Of a stretch of DNA of 64,000 nucleotides, positions 9,612 through 19,759 are shown piece by piece; the stretch's first letter is position 1, and each line of letters begins with the position of its first letter. The position numbers were made by a program, and so were the translations under genes. Below the pieces are notes generated by a model. The model worked only from the letters and a program-made list of their open reading frames with translations, made no database searches and was not told the DNA's origin. Source of the DNA: Deltaproteobacteria bacterium (GTDB taxonomy: Bacteria; Desulfobacterota_D; UBA1144; Nemesobacterales; CSP1-2); contig JBQTHB010000005.1 of NCBI GenBank assembly GCA_052390235.1, positions 1-64,000 of the forward strand, written 5' to 3'.

Positions 9612-10934
9612 ATGGATCATGCTATAGTTGTGGCGGCTGGCACGGGGATTGACAACGAAAAGCTCGCCCCCTGTGGAAAGCTGGTTTTCGGCGGCATCCC
9701 TCAGCTAAAGCGCCTGCTGATTACAGCCCAGAGAGCCGGAATAAATAGATTTACCATAATCACCGAGCAAAACGACTCATCGCTCCAGGGAATTATCAGA
9801 GGCGATGGGCGCATAACGTCCGACATAATCTGGCGCTCCCTCGGCGCACCCGCCGATTTCGATAACACCGCCCCCCCCTCGCTCGTGGTTCAATCCAACC
9901 TCGTTATAACACCGGCGGGGCTTTCCGGGCTTATGAAATCCGAACCGGCAGAGGGAGAGGTTTTACTCCTCGTAGAGCCGAGGCGTGAGGCAACGGCGGC
10001 AATAAGCGGCGAAGCGGTCAGAGATATATCGCTCGAAGGCGCAAGAGCCATCGGCGCATTTATCGCTAGCGGGGCGCTCCTTGAAAAATCCATTGCAAAT
10101 TCAATGTCGCTTCAAGGCTGGATGAGAGAACTTGCCGGAAGCGATAGGGTCAAATGCGCGCCCATCTCCGGGGGATACTGGATGCACCTCACATCCGCCC
10201 CTGACTCCGCCGAGAAAGCCGAGGAGATGCTCTTCTCAAACGTTACAAAATCCACAAGCGGATGGATTTCGAGAACCCTCAATAGCAAAATCTCCATCCC
10301 CGTAAGCAGGTTTTTGGTGCGCACGCCAGCAACGCCGAACTTTCTAAGCGTTGTCATAGGGTGCATCGGTATATTTGCGGGATTTCTCTACGGCTTCGGA
10401 CACCCGGCGCTGGGGGCATTGTTCCTGGAGCTTTCGACAGTTCTCGACAGGTGCGACGGCGAAGTGGCAAGAATAAAACTCCTTGAGACGAAGAGGGGGC
10501 AGTGGATAGACACGATTTTTGACCAGCTGTCATTCCTCTCGTTCGTCATAGGAGTCCCCATCGGATTTTACAGGCTCACTCAAAACCCATTGGCGCTGGC
10601 GTTCGGGGGGCTTAATCTCGCAATTTTTATATTTTTCATCGCCTGGTCGTTTTACTTCCTCACGAGATATACGAACTCCGGCAGTATGACCGCCTATTTC
10701 TCGATAGATAATATTATCCCGCCGAGCAAAAGAAGCCTCGTCCACAGGGTTATCATAAAAATCCGCCCTATGATAAAGCGCGAGTTCTTCTCCCTATTGT
10801 TCATTCCCATAGCGATACTGGGGGGATACCCCTGGGTGCTGGCTATTTCCTCCACCGCCCTGATTCTCGCCCTGATTCACCAGGTTGACGACATCATCAA
10901 GCTAAAGAGGCTCAAGACTACAGGCACCCTGTAA
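9612..10934 (+). CDS. CDP-alcohol phosphotransferase with degenerate N-terminal NTP-transferase-like domain
   Basis: Signature D..DG.VAR......G...D...D (LDRCDGEVARIKLLETKRGQWIDTIFD); TPN motif; C-terminal TM helices; N-terminal AIVVAAG remnant. Confidence 0.85.
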   Translation: MDHAIVVAAGTGIDNEKLAPCGKLVFGGIPQLKRLLITAQRAGINRFTIITEQNDSSLQGIIRGDGRITSDIIWRSLGAPADFDNTAPPSLVVQSNLVITPAGLSGLMKSEPAEGEVLLLVEPRREATAAISGEAVRDISLEGARAIGAFIASGALLEKSIANSMSLQGWMRELAGSDRVKCAPISGGYWMHLTSAPDSAEKAEEMLFSNVTKSTSGWISRTLNSKISIPVSRFLVRTPATPNFLSVVIGCIGIFAGFLYGFGHPALGALFLELSTVLDRCDGEVARIKLLETKRGQWIDTIFDQLSFLSFVIGVPIGFYRLTQNPLALAFGGLNLAIFIFFIAWSFYFLTRYTNSGSMTAYFSIDNIIPPSKRSLVHRVIIKIRPMIKREFFSLLFIPIAILGGYPWVLAISSTALILALIHQVDDIIKLKRLKTTGTL

Positions 10935-10985
10935 TCACGATAGACAAAACGCCCAGTCGTGGTAGTATAAAGCGCGGGAACAGAT

Positions 10986-11537
10986 ATGTTGCAGGTGCTG
11001 ACAGGTACGCTAAAAGGGGCGAGGCTTAAAGTCCCCAAAGGCTCGATAACACGCCCGACCACAAGCAGGGTCAAAAAAACCATATTCGACACGCTCAGAG
11101 ACGTTGAAGGCGCAAGGGTACTCGATATTTTCTCAGGTTCTGGGAGCCTCGGTATAGAGTCGCTGAGCCGAGAGGCGCTGCGCGTTACGTTCATCGAGAA
11201 AAATCCGCTCGCAGTAAAGGCGCTGAAAGAGAATCTGGAGCGATGCAGATTTCAGCAAAGAGCCGAGGTGATTTGCGCTCATTACGAATCCGCCGTAAAA
11301 AAGCTCCTCAGATGCGACGAGAGGTTCGATTTAATATTCATTGACCCCCCCTACAGCCTCTACGATGGGATGAAAGTCGAGGATTTCATTCTCGCAGTCT
11401 CGGAGCTACTCGGCGAGGGCGGCGTAATAGTCATCGAGCATAACTACAAAACAGGCGCCCCCGCGGCGGGATTCCGCCAGCGAACAAAACCGTTCGGCGG
11501 CACACAACTGAGCTTTTTCACGCGAGACGAGGAATGA
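10986..11537 (+). CDS. rsmD: 16S rRNA (guanine966-N2)-methyltransferase
   Basis: RPTT..VK, LDIFSGSGSLGIE.LSR, FIDPPY; adjacent to coaD. Confidence 0.92.
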   Translation: MLQVLTGTLKGARLKVPKGSITRPTTSRVKKTIFDTLRDVEGARVLDIFSGSGSLGIESLSREALRVTFIEKNPLAVKALKENLERCRFQQRAEVICAHYESAVKKLLRCDERFDLIFIDPPYSLYDGMKVEDFILAVSELLGEGGVIVIEHNYKTGAPAAGFRQRTKPFGGTQLSFFTRDEE

Positions 11538-12022
11538 TAGACAGAATCGCCATTTACCCCGGCTCCTTCGACCCGCTCACAAAGGGACACATCAACATCA
11601 TCGAGAGGGGGGTGAAAATATTCGACACCGTCATTGTCGCCGTCGCCCATCACGCCTCGAAAAAGACGCTTTTTACCATTCAAGAGCGCGTGGAAATCAT
11701 CAAGGAGATTTTCCCAGACAGCGCCCAGGTCAAAGTGGACTACTTCGAGGGACTGCTCGTTGACTACGCCAAGAAAATGGGGACGAACACCATCCTGCGA
11801 GGCATGAGGACAATATCCGACTTCGAGTACGAATTCCAGATGGCGCTTGCCAATAAAACCCTCTACCCGGAGATTGAGTCCGTGTTTATGGTTACCGAAA
11901 GCACGTTTTCACACATAAGCTCGTCGCTGATTAAAGAAATCATCACCCTCGGAGGCTCGGCAAAGGAGATGATACCCGACACCGTCGAGCGCAGACTCAG
12001 AGAGAAACTAATCAAGCAATAG
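11534..12022 (+). CDS. coaD: Phosphopantetheine adenylyltransferase
   Basis: YPGSFDPLTKGH, RGMR..SDFEYE, ISSSLIKE. Confidence 0.97.
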   Translation: MIDRIAIYPGSFDPLTKGHINIIERGVKIFDTVIVAVAHHASKKTLFTIQERVEIIKEIFPDSAQVKVDYFEGLLVDYAKKMGTNTILRGMRTISDFEYEFQMALANKTLYPEIESVFMVTESTFSHISSSLIKEIITLGGSAKEMIPDTVERRLREKLIKQ

Positions 12023-12037
12023 GAGGAAGCGCCAGTT

Positions 12038-13237
12038 ATGAAACTCGCCGCACGCGCCGCAGGGCTGAAACCCTCGGCAACGCTCGCCATCACGGCTAAG
12101 GCAAAGGCCCTCAAAGCCCAAGGCATAGACATCATCGGCTTCGGCGCGGGAGAGCCGGATTTTGACACCCCTGAGAACATCAAGAGAGAAGCCGTAAAAT
12201 CCCTAGGAGAGGGCTTCACCAAATACACAGCCGTAGGGGGTATTGACGAGCTTAAATCCGCCATCATAAAGAGAATTCGAGAGGACTACGGGGTCGGCTA
12301 CGATAAATCTGAAATCATAGTCTCGTGCGGGGCGAAGCACACGCTCTACAATATCTCTCAGGCGCTGTTCGATGCAGGAGACGAGGTGATTATTCCCGCT
12401 CCGTATTGGGTCTCGTACCCGGAGCAGGTAATCCTCGCCGGCGCTGCTGCCGTAATCATCGAAACTAGAGAAGAGGACGGATTCAAGATTGACCCCGCCG
12501 CTCTGAAAAAGCTCATCACTCCGAGAACAAAGGCCCTGATTTTAAACTACCCCTCAAACCCAACCGGCGCGACATACGGCGAGGCGGAGCTTACCGAGAT
12601 AGTAAATGTCGCTATGAGCGCCGGACTCATTATGATTTCGGATGAAATTTACGATAAGATAATTTACGGCGGCATCACGCACACCCCCCTCGTGAAGCTC
12701 GGCGAGGACGTGAGAAAATCCACTATTCTCGTCAACGGAGCGTCTAAAACCTATTCTATGACCGGCTGGAGAATCGGATTTGCGGCGGCGGCAGACAAGC
12801 AACTTATATCCGCCATGAGCAACCTCCAAGGGCAGTCAACCTCAAACCCCACGTCCATCGCCCAGAGGGCGGCAACCGAGGCGTTCGCAGGCCCTCAGGA
12901 CGAGGTCGAGAGGATGCGCCGAGAGTTCGAGAGGAGAAAAAATTACATCGTCGCAAGGCTCAACTCAATTCCCGGCATGAGGTGCTTCAACCCTCAAGGG
13001 GCGTTCTATGCGTTTCCAAATGTATCGCAGTTTTTCGGCAAAAAGCGCGGCGGCAGCAGGGAAATACGCAATTCGCTCGATTTCACCGAATTCCTGCTGG
13101 AAGAGGCAAAGGTCGCCGTAGTTCCCGGAGCCGAATTCGGCGCGGACGGCTATGTCAGAATCTCCTACGCGACCTCGATGGAGGACATAGCAGAGGGCGT
13201 AAATAGAATTGGGAAAGCCGTAGAGATGCTCAAGTAG
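12038..13237 (+). CDS. aspC: Aspartate aminotransferase (class I/II)
   Basis: GAGEPDFDTP, NYPSNPTG, SDEIYD, SKTYSMTGWRIG. Confidence 0.88.
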   Translation: MKLAARAAGLKPSATLAITAKAKALKAQGIDIIGFGAGEPDFDTPENIKREAVKSLGEGFTKYTAVGGIDELKSAIIKRIREDYGVGYDKSEIIVSCGAKHTLYNISQALFDAGDEVIIPAPYWVSYPEQVILAGAAAVIIETREEDGFKIDPAALKKLITPRTKALILNYPSNPTGATYGEAELTEIVNVAMSAGLIMISDEIYDKIIYGGITHTPLVKLGEDVRKSTILVNGASKTYSMTGWRIGFAAAADKQLISAMSNLQGQSTSNPTSIAQRAATEAFAGPQDEVERMRREFERRKNYIVARLNSIPGMRCFNPQGAFYAFPNVSQFFGKKRGGSREIRNSLDFTEFLLEEAKVAVVPGAEFGADGYVRISYATSMEDIAEGVNRIGKAVEMLK

Positions 13238-13310
13238 TGGTGGGGGAAGAGCTACTCCCCCCCCATCCGAGATGAAGCCCCGCCCGCTCCGCGGCTCTGT
13301 GAGCGATGGA

Positions 13311-14477
13311 TTAAGCCTGGCGATTTCCCCCTCTTAAAATCAAAAACCCCGTCGTTCCCGCCACGAGAGAACTGAGCAAAACGGCGATTTTTGAGCTTTG
13401 CACGATGTCAGGGTCGCCGAACGCCAAGAGCGTAATAAAGATGGACATAGTAAATCCTATTCCGCCGAGGAATCCCGCGCCGAGAATATGCCTCCACGAC
13501 ACCCCGGCAGGCAGAGCGGACACCCCTAATTTAACGGCTGCGAGGGCGAGCAGAGCTATCCCAATTGGCTTGCCGAAGACTAAACCTGAGAAAATTCCAA
13601 GCGAGTTCGAGGTAGTCAACCCTTTGAGAAAATCCCCAGAAATCGGGATCCCGGTATTAGCCAGAGCAAATATCGGCATAATGATGAACGCCACGGGTTT
13701 ATGGAGGATGTGCTGGAGCTTATACGACGGCGACTGCGCATCTCCCCTGCCGAAAGGGATTGCAAAGGCGAGTAGCACCCCGGCAATCGTCGCATGGACG
13801 CCGGATTTGAGCATAAAATACCACATTGCCGCGCCGAGAAGAAGATAAACCGAGAGTCTATGCACCCGCAAGCGGTTCAGCGCGAGCAGTAAGGCAAACA
13901 CCCCCAAAGACAGCGCGAGATTGTAAAACGAGAAATCCCCGACGTAGAATATGGCGATTATCACTATCGCGCCCAAGTCGTCAATTATAGCCAGAGCGGT
14001 GAGGAAAATTTTGAGCGACACCGGAACCCTACTGCCCAATATTGCAAGCGCCCCAAGAGCAAAAGCAATATCCGTAGCCATAGGAATCCCAATACCCGAC
14101 TGAGTGGGCGTGCCGGAATTAAAAGCGAAATGCAGGAGCGCAGGCACAGCCATCCCGCCGATGGCGGCAAATAAGGGGAGAGCCGCGTTTCTAGGCTCGG
14201 ACAGCTCGCCCACGTAGAGTTCCCTCTCGATTTCTAGCCCTATGAGGAGAAAGAAAATCGCCATCATACCGTCGTTGACCCAATGCTCGATGCTGTACTT
14301 AAGCGCGACCCCTCCCGCCTCGAATCCGACCTTGGCGTGCCAGAAATCCGAATATGCCGCTCCTAAGTACGAATTGGCGATGAGGATTGATACTGCTGTG
14401 CAGAGGATGAGAATCACCCCTGATGCCTGCTCGCTCTGGAGAAATTCGGCAGAGATTTTTGTCAGTCCTGTTTTCAT
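13311..14477 (-). CDS. nhaA: Na+/H+ antiporter NhaA
   Basis: WVNDGMMAIFF, IPMATDIAF, LAIIDD, SGVHAT, GIGFTMS. Confidence 0.96.
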   Translation of the reverse strand: MKTGLTKISAEFLQSEQASGVILILCTAVSILIANSYLGAAYSDFWHAKVGFEAGGVALKYSIEHWVNDGMMAIFFLLIGLEIERELYVGELSEPRNAALPLFAAIGGMAVPALLHFAFNSGTPTQSGIGIPMATDIAFALGALAILGSRVPVSLKIFLTALAIIDDLGAIVIIAIFYVGDFSFYNLALSLGVFALLLALNRLRVHRLSVYLLLGAAMWYFMLKSGVHATIAGVLLAFAIPFGRGDAQSPSYKLQHILHKPVAFIIMPIFALANTGIPISGDFLKGLTTSNSLGIFSGLVFGKPIGIALLALAAVKLGVSALPAGVSWRHILGAGFLGGIGFTMSIFITLLAFGDPDIVQSSKIAVLLSSLVAGTTGFLILRGGNRQA

Positions 14478-14552
14478 GGGGTTTCACATCCTGATGGGGC
14501 CGATGGCGGCGCTACGCTGGGAAGCTCGCGGGGGTATAACTGCTCTTAGTTC

Positions 14553-14581
14553 ATACTAAAGGGAATGGGGTTCGATGTCAA
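14553..14581 (-). promoter_or_regulatory. Sigma70-type promoter of nhaA
   Basis: Minus strand TTGACA-N17-TAGTAT, about 75 nt upstream of the nhaA ATG. Confidence 0.55.
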
Positions 14582-14767
14582 ACAATTTGGGGCGCTTGCG
14601 GCAGGGGCGCTCTCCCCGATTTTGTCATTTCGGCCCTGAGTCCCCCAATAACAGTATTATCGAAGAGGAGAAATCTCATCCGGCAGCGGAGACAGTAAAA
14701 AAGCGGAGCGACAATCTATCTCTCCCCCCATTGCGTAATGTCAAAACGGATTTTATCACTCAGCCGC

Positions 14768-14796
14768 TTTACACGCGAAGCTAATTATTTCATAAT
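14768..14796 (+). promoter_or_regulatory. Sigma70-type promoter giving a very short leader
   Basis: TTTACA-N17-CATAAT, 11 nt before the ATG at 14808; no SD. Confidence 0.5.
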
Positions 14797-14807
14797 CACT
14801 TTCTGCG

Positions 14808-15929
14808 ATGCGGGCGATAAAATTCGGTGTTTCAGCCTCTCTCACAGGGAGATACGCGCTTCAAGGCAGGGAGAGTTTCGAGGGCATCGTCCTTTGGGCT
14901 AGGGACGCGAACAGGCGCGGCGGCATCTACATCGAGGAACTCAAACAAACGATACCCGCCGAGATAGTTCATTATGACGACGAAAGCTCGCCGGAAAAAT
15001 GCAGGGGAATTGTCCAGAGGCTAATCGCGGAGGACAGGATTGATGTTCTGCTAAGCCCTTACGGGAGCGGACACACCCTTGCCGCCGCCGAAGTTGCAGA
15101 GCGCTACGGGGAAACCCTGTGGAATCACGGAGGCTCTTCGGATGAGATTTCCGGGCGGGGGCATCTCATAAGCGCGATTACTCCGGCGGGGAGATATATG
15201 ACGGGGATAATAGAGTTGACGCGCGAACTTGACCCGCAGGCGAGGGGTGTTGTGATTTTCAGGGCTGAGGGAAGCGGGTTTTCGGCGAATGTGGCGCGTG
15301 GGGCGGCGATGAGTGCCAGAGATTCTGGGTTTAGCGCGGTTGAAATAGCTTATCCCGCAGGCACAGGGGATTTTTCTCCGTATCTCCGGCAGGCGGAATC
15401 GCTGAAACCCGACATCATTCTTGGCGTAGGGTCTGCCGAAGACGACATTGCGCTCGCAAAGCAGATGATTCAAGCCAATATCCGGGCGAGAGCCGTAGGG
15501 ATTGTAGCCGCAGGGATAAACGAATTCGGAAGAATTCTCGGTAAGGAGTCGGAGGGGTTTTTAGCCCCGAGCCAGTGGGAGGCAAAAGCAAGGCTGAAAC
15601 CCGATTTCGGTATCACCGCCGCCGAGTTCACGCGCAGATTCAAAGAAATGTGGGGGAAAGAGCCGAGCTATCCCGCCGCCCAGGGGTACAACATCGGACT
15701 CATAATCGAAAAGTGCGTCCAAGAATCGGGAAGCCTCCGCCCCTCTAAGCTCAGAGAGGCGGCGGCGAGCCTGGATTTCAGTACATTTTACGGGAACTTC
15801 AAGATTGACCCAGCCACGGGCAAACAGAGCGGACATAAAATCCTCACAGTTCAGTGGCAGAGCGGAAATAGAGTCATAGTGCATCCTGCGGATATTGCCG
15901 AGCAGAGGGCTTTGTACCCAAAGCCTTAG
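14808..15929 (+). CDS. LivK/AmiC-type (PBP1 fold) amino-acid/amide binding protein lacking a signal peptide
   Basis: IKFG.S.SLTG.YA..G, .N..GG, YDDES.P, LLSPYGSG, FSTFYG.F..D..G, QWQ.G. An in-frame TAA at 14793 rules out an N-terminal extension. Confidence 0.85.
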   Translation: MRAIKFGVSASLTGRYALQGRESFEGIVLWARDANRRGGIYIEELKQTIPAEIVHYDDESSPEKCRGIVQRLIAEDRIDVLLSPYGSGHTLAAAEVAERYGETLWNHGGSSDEISGRGHLISAITPAGRYMTGIIELTRELDPQARGVVIFRAEGSGFSANVARGAAMSARDSGFSAVEIAYPAGTGDFSPYLRQAESLKPDIILGVGSAEDDIALAKQMIQANIRARAVGIVAAGINEFGRILGKESEGFLAPSQWEAKARLKPDFGITAAEFTRRFKEMWGKEPSYPAAQGYNIGLIIEKCVQESGSLRPSKLREAAASLDFSTFYGNFKIDPATGKQSGHKILTVQWQSGNRVIVHPADIAEQRALYPKP

Positions 15930-16090
15930 TTGTCTTTATCCTCTTCGTCCCAGTCTTCATCGTCGTCATCATCCCACCCCTCTTCGTCGTCGTCCTCGCT
16001 CCACTCCTCGTCATCGTCCCAAGGCTCTTCGTCCTCTTCGTCTTCTTCCCACTTCTCATCTTTGATGTCTAGCGCAAGCAGAAACTCCAT
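15926..16090 (-). CDS. 54-aa hyper-acidic, Trp-punctuated small protein (absent from ORF track)
   Basis: Hand translation: MEFLLALDIKDEKWEEDEEDEEPWDDDEEWSEDDDEEGWDDDDDEDWDEEDKDN*. AGGAG SD upstream; codons vary at third positions while staying D/E. Confidence 0.72.
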   Translation of the reverse strand: MEFLLALDIKDEKWEEDEEDEEPWDDDEEWSEDDDEEGWDDDDDEDWDEEDKDN

Positions 16091-16214
16091 TAACGGTCTC
16101 CTGAATCATTATAAACTACCTGAAACCTTACATACTAGCGCTCAAAAGTCAAGGATTTGGGCTCAGGGAAAGAGCCTCAAACGCGCGGGAGAAAACGGTA
16201 GGAAAAAATGCGGT

Positions 16215-16484
16215 TTAGATGAAGCTATCGTCCCTGGCATCTCTAATATTGTCGGTTTTTTCGAGCCCGTTTGATATGTAAAACGAGAGCGGCACTATAA
16301 GCACGCCGGCGGCAAAAAAGTAGAGCAGGTTGTAGAATAGCTCCTCTTCTGTGGTGGTAACCTCCCCGACTAGGCCCTTGAGGCCGATAACCAAAAGGAA
16401 AAACCCCGACGCCACGGTTATAAACGACGAGGTCATAAACACATAAGAAAACAACCTTTTTAGGAACTCGCGTATCCAGCTCAT
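16215..16484 (-). CDS. Hypothetical small membrane protein (2 TM)
   Basis: 89 aa with two hydrophobic segments; downstream of frr. Confidence 0.6.
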   Translation of the reverse strand: MSWIREFLKRLFSYVFMTSSFITVASGFFLLVIGLKGLVGEVTTTEEELFYNLLYFFAAGVLIVPLSFYISNGLEKTDNIRDARDDSFI

Positions 16485-16622
16485 CTATAACTTCAAGTCT
16501 AGCATAAGTTAATAGATTAAGGAAATGATTAATAAATAGAAATAATTACTATGGGCATCCTACACGCAGGCAACGGGATTAAATGGCAGTGCGCGCAAGC
16601 TCGAGGCGATGGGGGGAGGATT

Positions 16623-17195
16623 TTAGACTTCGAGAATCTCTTTTTCCTTTTTGGCTAGGACGTCGTTTATTTTTTTTATGTAGCTGTCAGTAATTTCTTG
16701 AATCTTGGCGAGTCCTTTTTTAACTTCGTCTTCTGGGAGCTTTTTGTCTTTCTCTACCTCTTTAACCAATGCGTTTATATCTTTTCTGATTTGCCTTAGC
16801 GATACCCTGTACTCCTCAGCCTGTTTGCCTATTTGCTTTACTATGTCCCGCCTTCTGTCTTGGGTAAGCGCCGGAACGGCTATTCGGATAACCTTGCCGT
16901 CGTTCGTGGGGTTCATTCCCAAATCTGACTGTCTGATGGCTTTTTCAATATGGGCAATGGCGGACACATCCCACGGTTGAATAATTATAGTTCTTGACTC
17001 AGGCACGGACACAGTGGCAAGCTGGCTAAGTGGAGTTAGCGTTCCATAGTAATCAGCCCGGATGTGGTCAACGATGGCGGTTGAAGCCCTGCCGGTTCTC
17101 ACCTTTGCAAGCTCGCCCTCGAAAACGGCGATGGATTTATCCATCCTCTTTTTAGCATCGTCAACTATCTCGTTTAAACTCCTGCCATCGCTCAT
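16623..17195 (-). CDS. frr: Ribosome recycling factor
   Basis: VRTGRAS, YYG..TPL.QLA, NPTNDG.VIRI. Confidence 0.97.
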   Translation of the reverse strand: MSDGRSLNEIVDDAKKRMDKSIAVFEGELAKVRTGRASTAIVDHIRADYYGTLTPLSQLATVSVPESRTIIIQPWDVSAIAHIEKAIRQSDLGMNPTNDGKVIRIAVPALTQDRRRDIVKQIGKQAEEYRVSLRQIRKDINALVKEVEKDKKLPEDEVKKGLAKIQEITDSYIKKINDVLAKKEKEILEV

Positions 17196-17935
17196 TGCTC
17201 CATGCTCCTTACGGTTGTCCCTATGTCCTCGCCGAGAATTATCCTCTTAATGTTGCCGCGTTCAAATAGGTTGAATACCACAATTGGGATATTTCCCTGC
17301 ATTGACAGAGACATAGCCGTTGCGTCCATGATTTTTAGCTCTTTCTGAAGCACTTCCATGTAGCTGAGTTCTTTATACTTCACGGCGTCCCCGTGCTTCA
17401 CCGGGTCTTTGTCATAAACGCCGTCAACTTTAGTCGCCTTAAGCACGATGTCCGCCCCGATTTCAAGCGCCCTTAGGGTTGCCGCCGTGTCGGTGGTGAA
17501 AAATGGGTTGCCCGTACCGGCGGCGAATATTACCACCCTGCCCTTCTCCAGATGCCTTATGGCGCGCCTTCTGATGTAAGGCTCGGCTACCTGTTTTATC
17601 TCTAGCGCCGACTGCACTCGGGTCGTTATCCCGCGCCTCTCAAGAGAGTCCTGAAGGGCAAGGGCGTTTATTACCGTGGCAAGCATCCCCATATAATCCG
17701 CCGTTGACCTGTCCATGCCGACTTCAGCCCCCGAGACTCCGCGAAAGATGTTCCCGCCGCCGATGACGACAGCCATCTCCACGCCGAGAGCCTGAATTTC
17801 GGTGATTTCCTCGGATATGGATTCGAGAATTTCGGAGTTTATCCCGTAGCTATCGCCGCCCTGAAGCGCCTCTCCGCTGAGTTTCAGCAGAAGCCTCTTA
17901 AATTTTGGTTCGGTCGTCGAATTTATCTCATTCAT
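17192..17935 (-). CDS. pyrH: UMP kinase
   Basis: [35 protein letters not shown]. Confidence 0.98.
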   Translation of the reverse strand: MNEINSTTEPKFKRLLLKLSGEALQGGDSYGINSEILESISEEITEIQALGVEMAVVIGGGNIFRGVSGAEVGMDRSTADYMGMLATVINALALQDSLERRGITTRVQSALEIKQVAEPYIRRRAIRHLEKGRVVIFAAGTGNPFFTTDTAATLRALEIGADIVLKATKVDGVYDKDPVKHGDAVKYKELSYMEVLQKELKIMDATAMSLSMQGNIPIVVFNLFERGNIKRIILGEDIGTTVRSMEQ

Positions 17936-17943
17936 TATTAAAA

Positions 17944-18549
17944 TTAGTCTAGCGGCTCGCCCAGTTGATACCTCGAAAACCTTCTCACGACGATATTCTC
18001 TCCTATTTTTGCCACGAGGTCGTTGAGAAGGTCGCGGATTTTGAGCTTCGTATCGCGGATATAGACTTGGTCAAGAAGACACATATCCTCATAGAATTTC
18101 TCGATTTTCCCCTCGACGATTTTATCCGCCACTTTCTCCGGCTTGCCCGACTCTATCACCTGAGCCTTCATAATCTCCTTTTCCTTGGCAAGCACGGTCT
18201 CGGATACCTCTTCGCGGCTTATGTACTTGGGGTTTGAAGCCGCAATCTGCATGGCGACCTCCTTGGCAAAGCGCTGAAACTCCTCGTTTCTCGCCACGAA
18301 ATCCGTCTCGCAGTTGACCTCAACCATTACGCCGATTTTCCCTCCGGCGTGTAGGTAGGAAGTCACGACACCTTCGGGAGTTGACCTGCCCGCTTTCTTG
18401 GCAACCTTGGCAAGCCCTTTAATCCTCAAAATATCTACTGCTTTTTCAAAATCCCCCGCTGTCTCTTCAAGCGCTTTTTTGCAGTCGAGAAACGGCGCGC
18501 TCGTTCTGTCCCGTATCTCTTTAACCATCTGCGCAGTAATTTCAGCCAT
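17944..18549 (-). CDS. tsf: Elongation factor Ts (short, ~200-aa form)
   Basis: [25 protein letters not shown]. Confidence 0.97.
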   Translation of the reverse strand: MAEITAQMVKEIRDRTSAPFLDCKKALEETAGDFEKAVDILRIKGLAKVAKKAGRSTPEGVVTSYLHAGGKIGVMVEVNCETDFVARNEEFQRFAKEVAMQIAASNPKYISREEVSETVLAKEKEIMKAQVIESGKPEKVADKIVEGKIEKFYEDMCLLDQVYIRDTKLKIRDLLNDLVAKIGENIVVRRFSRYQLGEPLD

Positions 18550-18550
18550 A

Positions 18551-19420
18551 TTAATTGGAATCCTCCTTAGTTACCTGCTCAGTAGGTACCGCAACTTCTC
18601 TCTTAGTCTCGATTTCCTCTCCGTACTCCTTAAACACGAACACTCTCCTCTCGACAACCACCGGGGCTTGGGTTTCTTTCGGCTTCACTATCTCTCCGGC
18701 AAGCACCTTCTGGTCGTAAACGTGCCTTCCCTCGATGCAGGCGTCGGCGATGCGCGAGGTAAAGAGCTTTATCGCGCGGATGGCGTCGTCGTTGCTTGGG
18801 ATGATGAGGTCGGCGTTTGCCGGATCGCAGTTGGTGTCAATCACGCCCACGACGGGAATTCCAAGTTTTCTAGCTTCGGCAACGGCAATGTACTCTTTCC
18901 TAGTATCAACTATGAAGACGGCATCGGGGATGCGCCTCATATTGACGATTCCGCCGACTAGGTAGTTTAATTTTTCCATCTGCCTTCTCAGGTCCTTGAC
19001 CTCATTTTTGGGAAGGAGTTCAAATTGACCGTCGGTTTCCAGTTTTTTAAGCTCAAGCAGGTAATCAACCCTCGAGCGTATAGTGCTGAAGTTAGTGAGA
19101 GTGCCGCCGAGCCAGCGCGTGCTAATGAAAGGCATCTTCGCCCGTATTGACTCTTCGGTTATGATTCCCTGAGCCTGTTTCTTCGTCCCCACGAATAAGA
19201 CCTCTCCGCCGTTGGTAACAACCTCGCGCACGAAAGCATAAGCCTTCTTAAACAAACCCACCGTCTGCTGAAGGTCAATTATGTGTATCCCGTTTCTGTT
19301 TCCGAAGATAAAGGGTTTCATTCTGGGATTCCACTGGCTTACCTGATGCCCGAAGTGAACTCCGGCTTCGAGTAGTTGTTTCATATTAATTACATCGCTG
19401 ACCTGCGTTTCTTCCGCCAT
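18551..19420 (-). CDS. rpsB: 30S ribosomal protein S2
   Basis: [38 protein letters not shown]. Confidence 0.98.
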   Translation of the reverse strand: MAEETQVSDVINMKQLLEAGVHFGHQVSQWNPRMKPFIFGNRNGIHIIDLQQTVGLFKKAYAFVREVVTNGGEVLFVGTKKQAQGIITEESIRAKMPFISTRWLGGTLTNFSTIRSRVDYLLELKKLETDGQFELLPKNEVKDLRRQMEKLNYLVGGIVNMRRIPDAVFIVDTRKEYIAVAEARKLGIPVVGVIDTNCDPANADLIIPSNDDAIRAIKLFTSRIADACIEGRHVYDQKVLAGEIVKPKETQAPVVVERRVFVFKEYGEEIETKREVAVPTEQVTKEDSN

Positions 19421-19588
19421 AAATTCCTCCTGGATTTTAAATCAACACCTAGCCAATAAAGCAGATTTAAATAACATAAAAAAAACACGAGCGCAAGTTT
19501 AATGGGAAATTTTCCCGTTTTATGCCCTCTTTGCTGTGGCAAACCCCTCCCGAGGCAGGTATAATCCCCCACTGTTCGACGCTCCTTA

Positions 19589-19674
19589 GGAGGGCTGGCA
19601 GAACGGCTAATGCACCGGTCTTGAAAACCGGCGTCCGCAAGGACTTGGGGGTTCGAATCCCTCGCCCTCCGCCA
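19589..19674 (+). tRNA. tRNA-Ser(UGA)
   Basis: Acceptor GGAGGGC/GCCCTCC + G + CCA; anticodon arm CCGGT-CT-TGA-AA-ACCGG; long variable arm GTCC-GCAA-GGAC; T-loop GTTCGAATC. Confidence 0.97.
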
Positions 19675-19759
19675 TAAACTTCAAATCAATCCCAGCCAAG
19701 CTCCCATGCCCCCGGTGGACAGTCCAATATTTTATTGAACCCTGAATCCGGTATTATTA

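Noticed and set aside
14478..14807. nhaA-associated riboswitch upstream of nhaA
   Set aside because: I could not recognise the motif by eye and divergent promoters explain the region; a covariance-model search would be needed to exclude it fully.
15930..16274. Poly-Ser 114-aa plus-strand ORF and the 61-aa Thr/Lys-rich minus ORF (15874-16059) in the track
   Set aside because: They are the antisense and off-frame shadows of the D/E-rich ORF at 15926-16090, which has a proper ATG and SD.
19589..19674. tRNA-Sec, or an integration site for an island
   Set aside because: The anticodon is UGA (reads UCA, Ser), not UCA; the acceptor stem is a normal 7 bp; no integrase or duplicated tRNA 3' end was seen.
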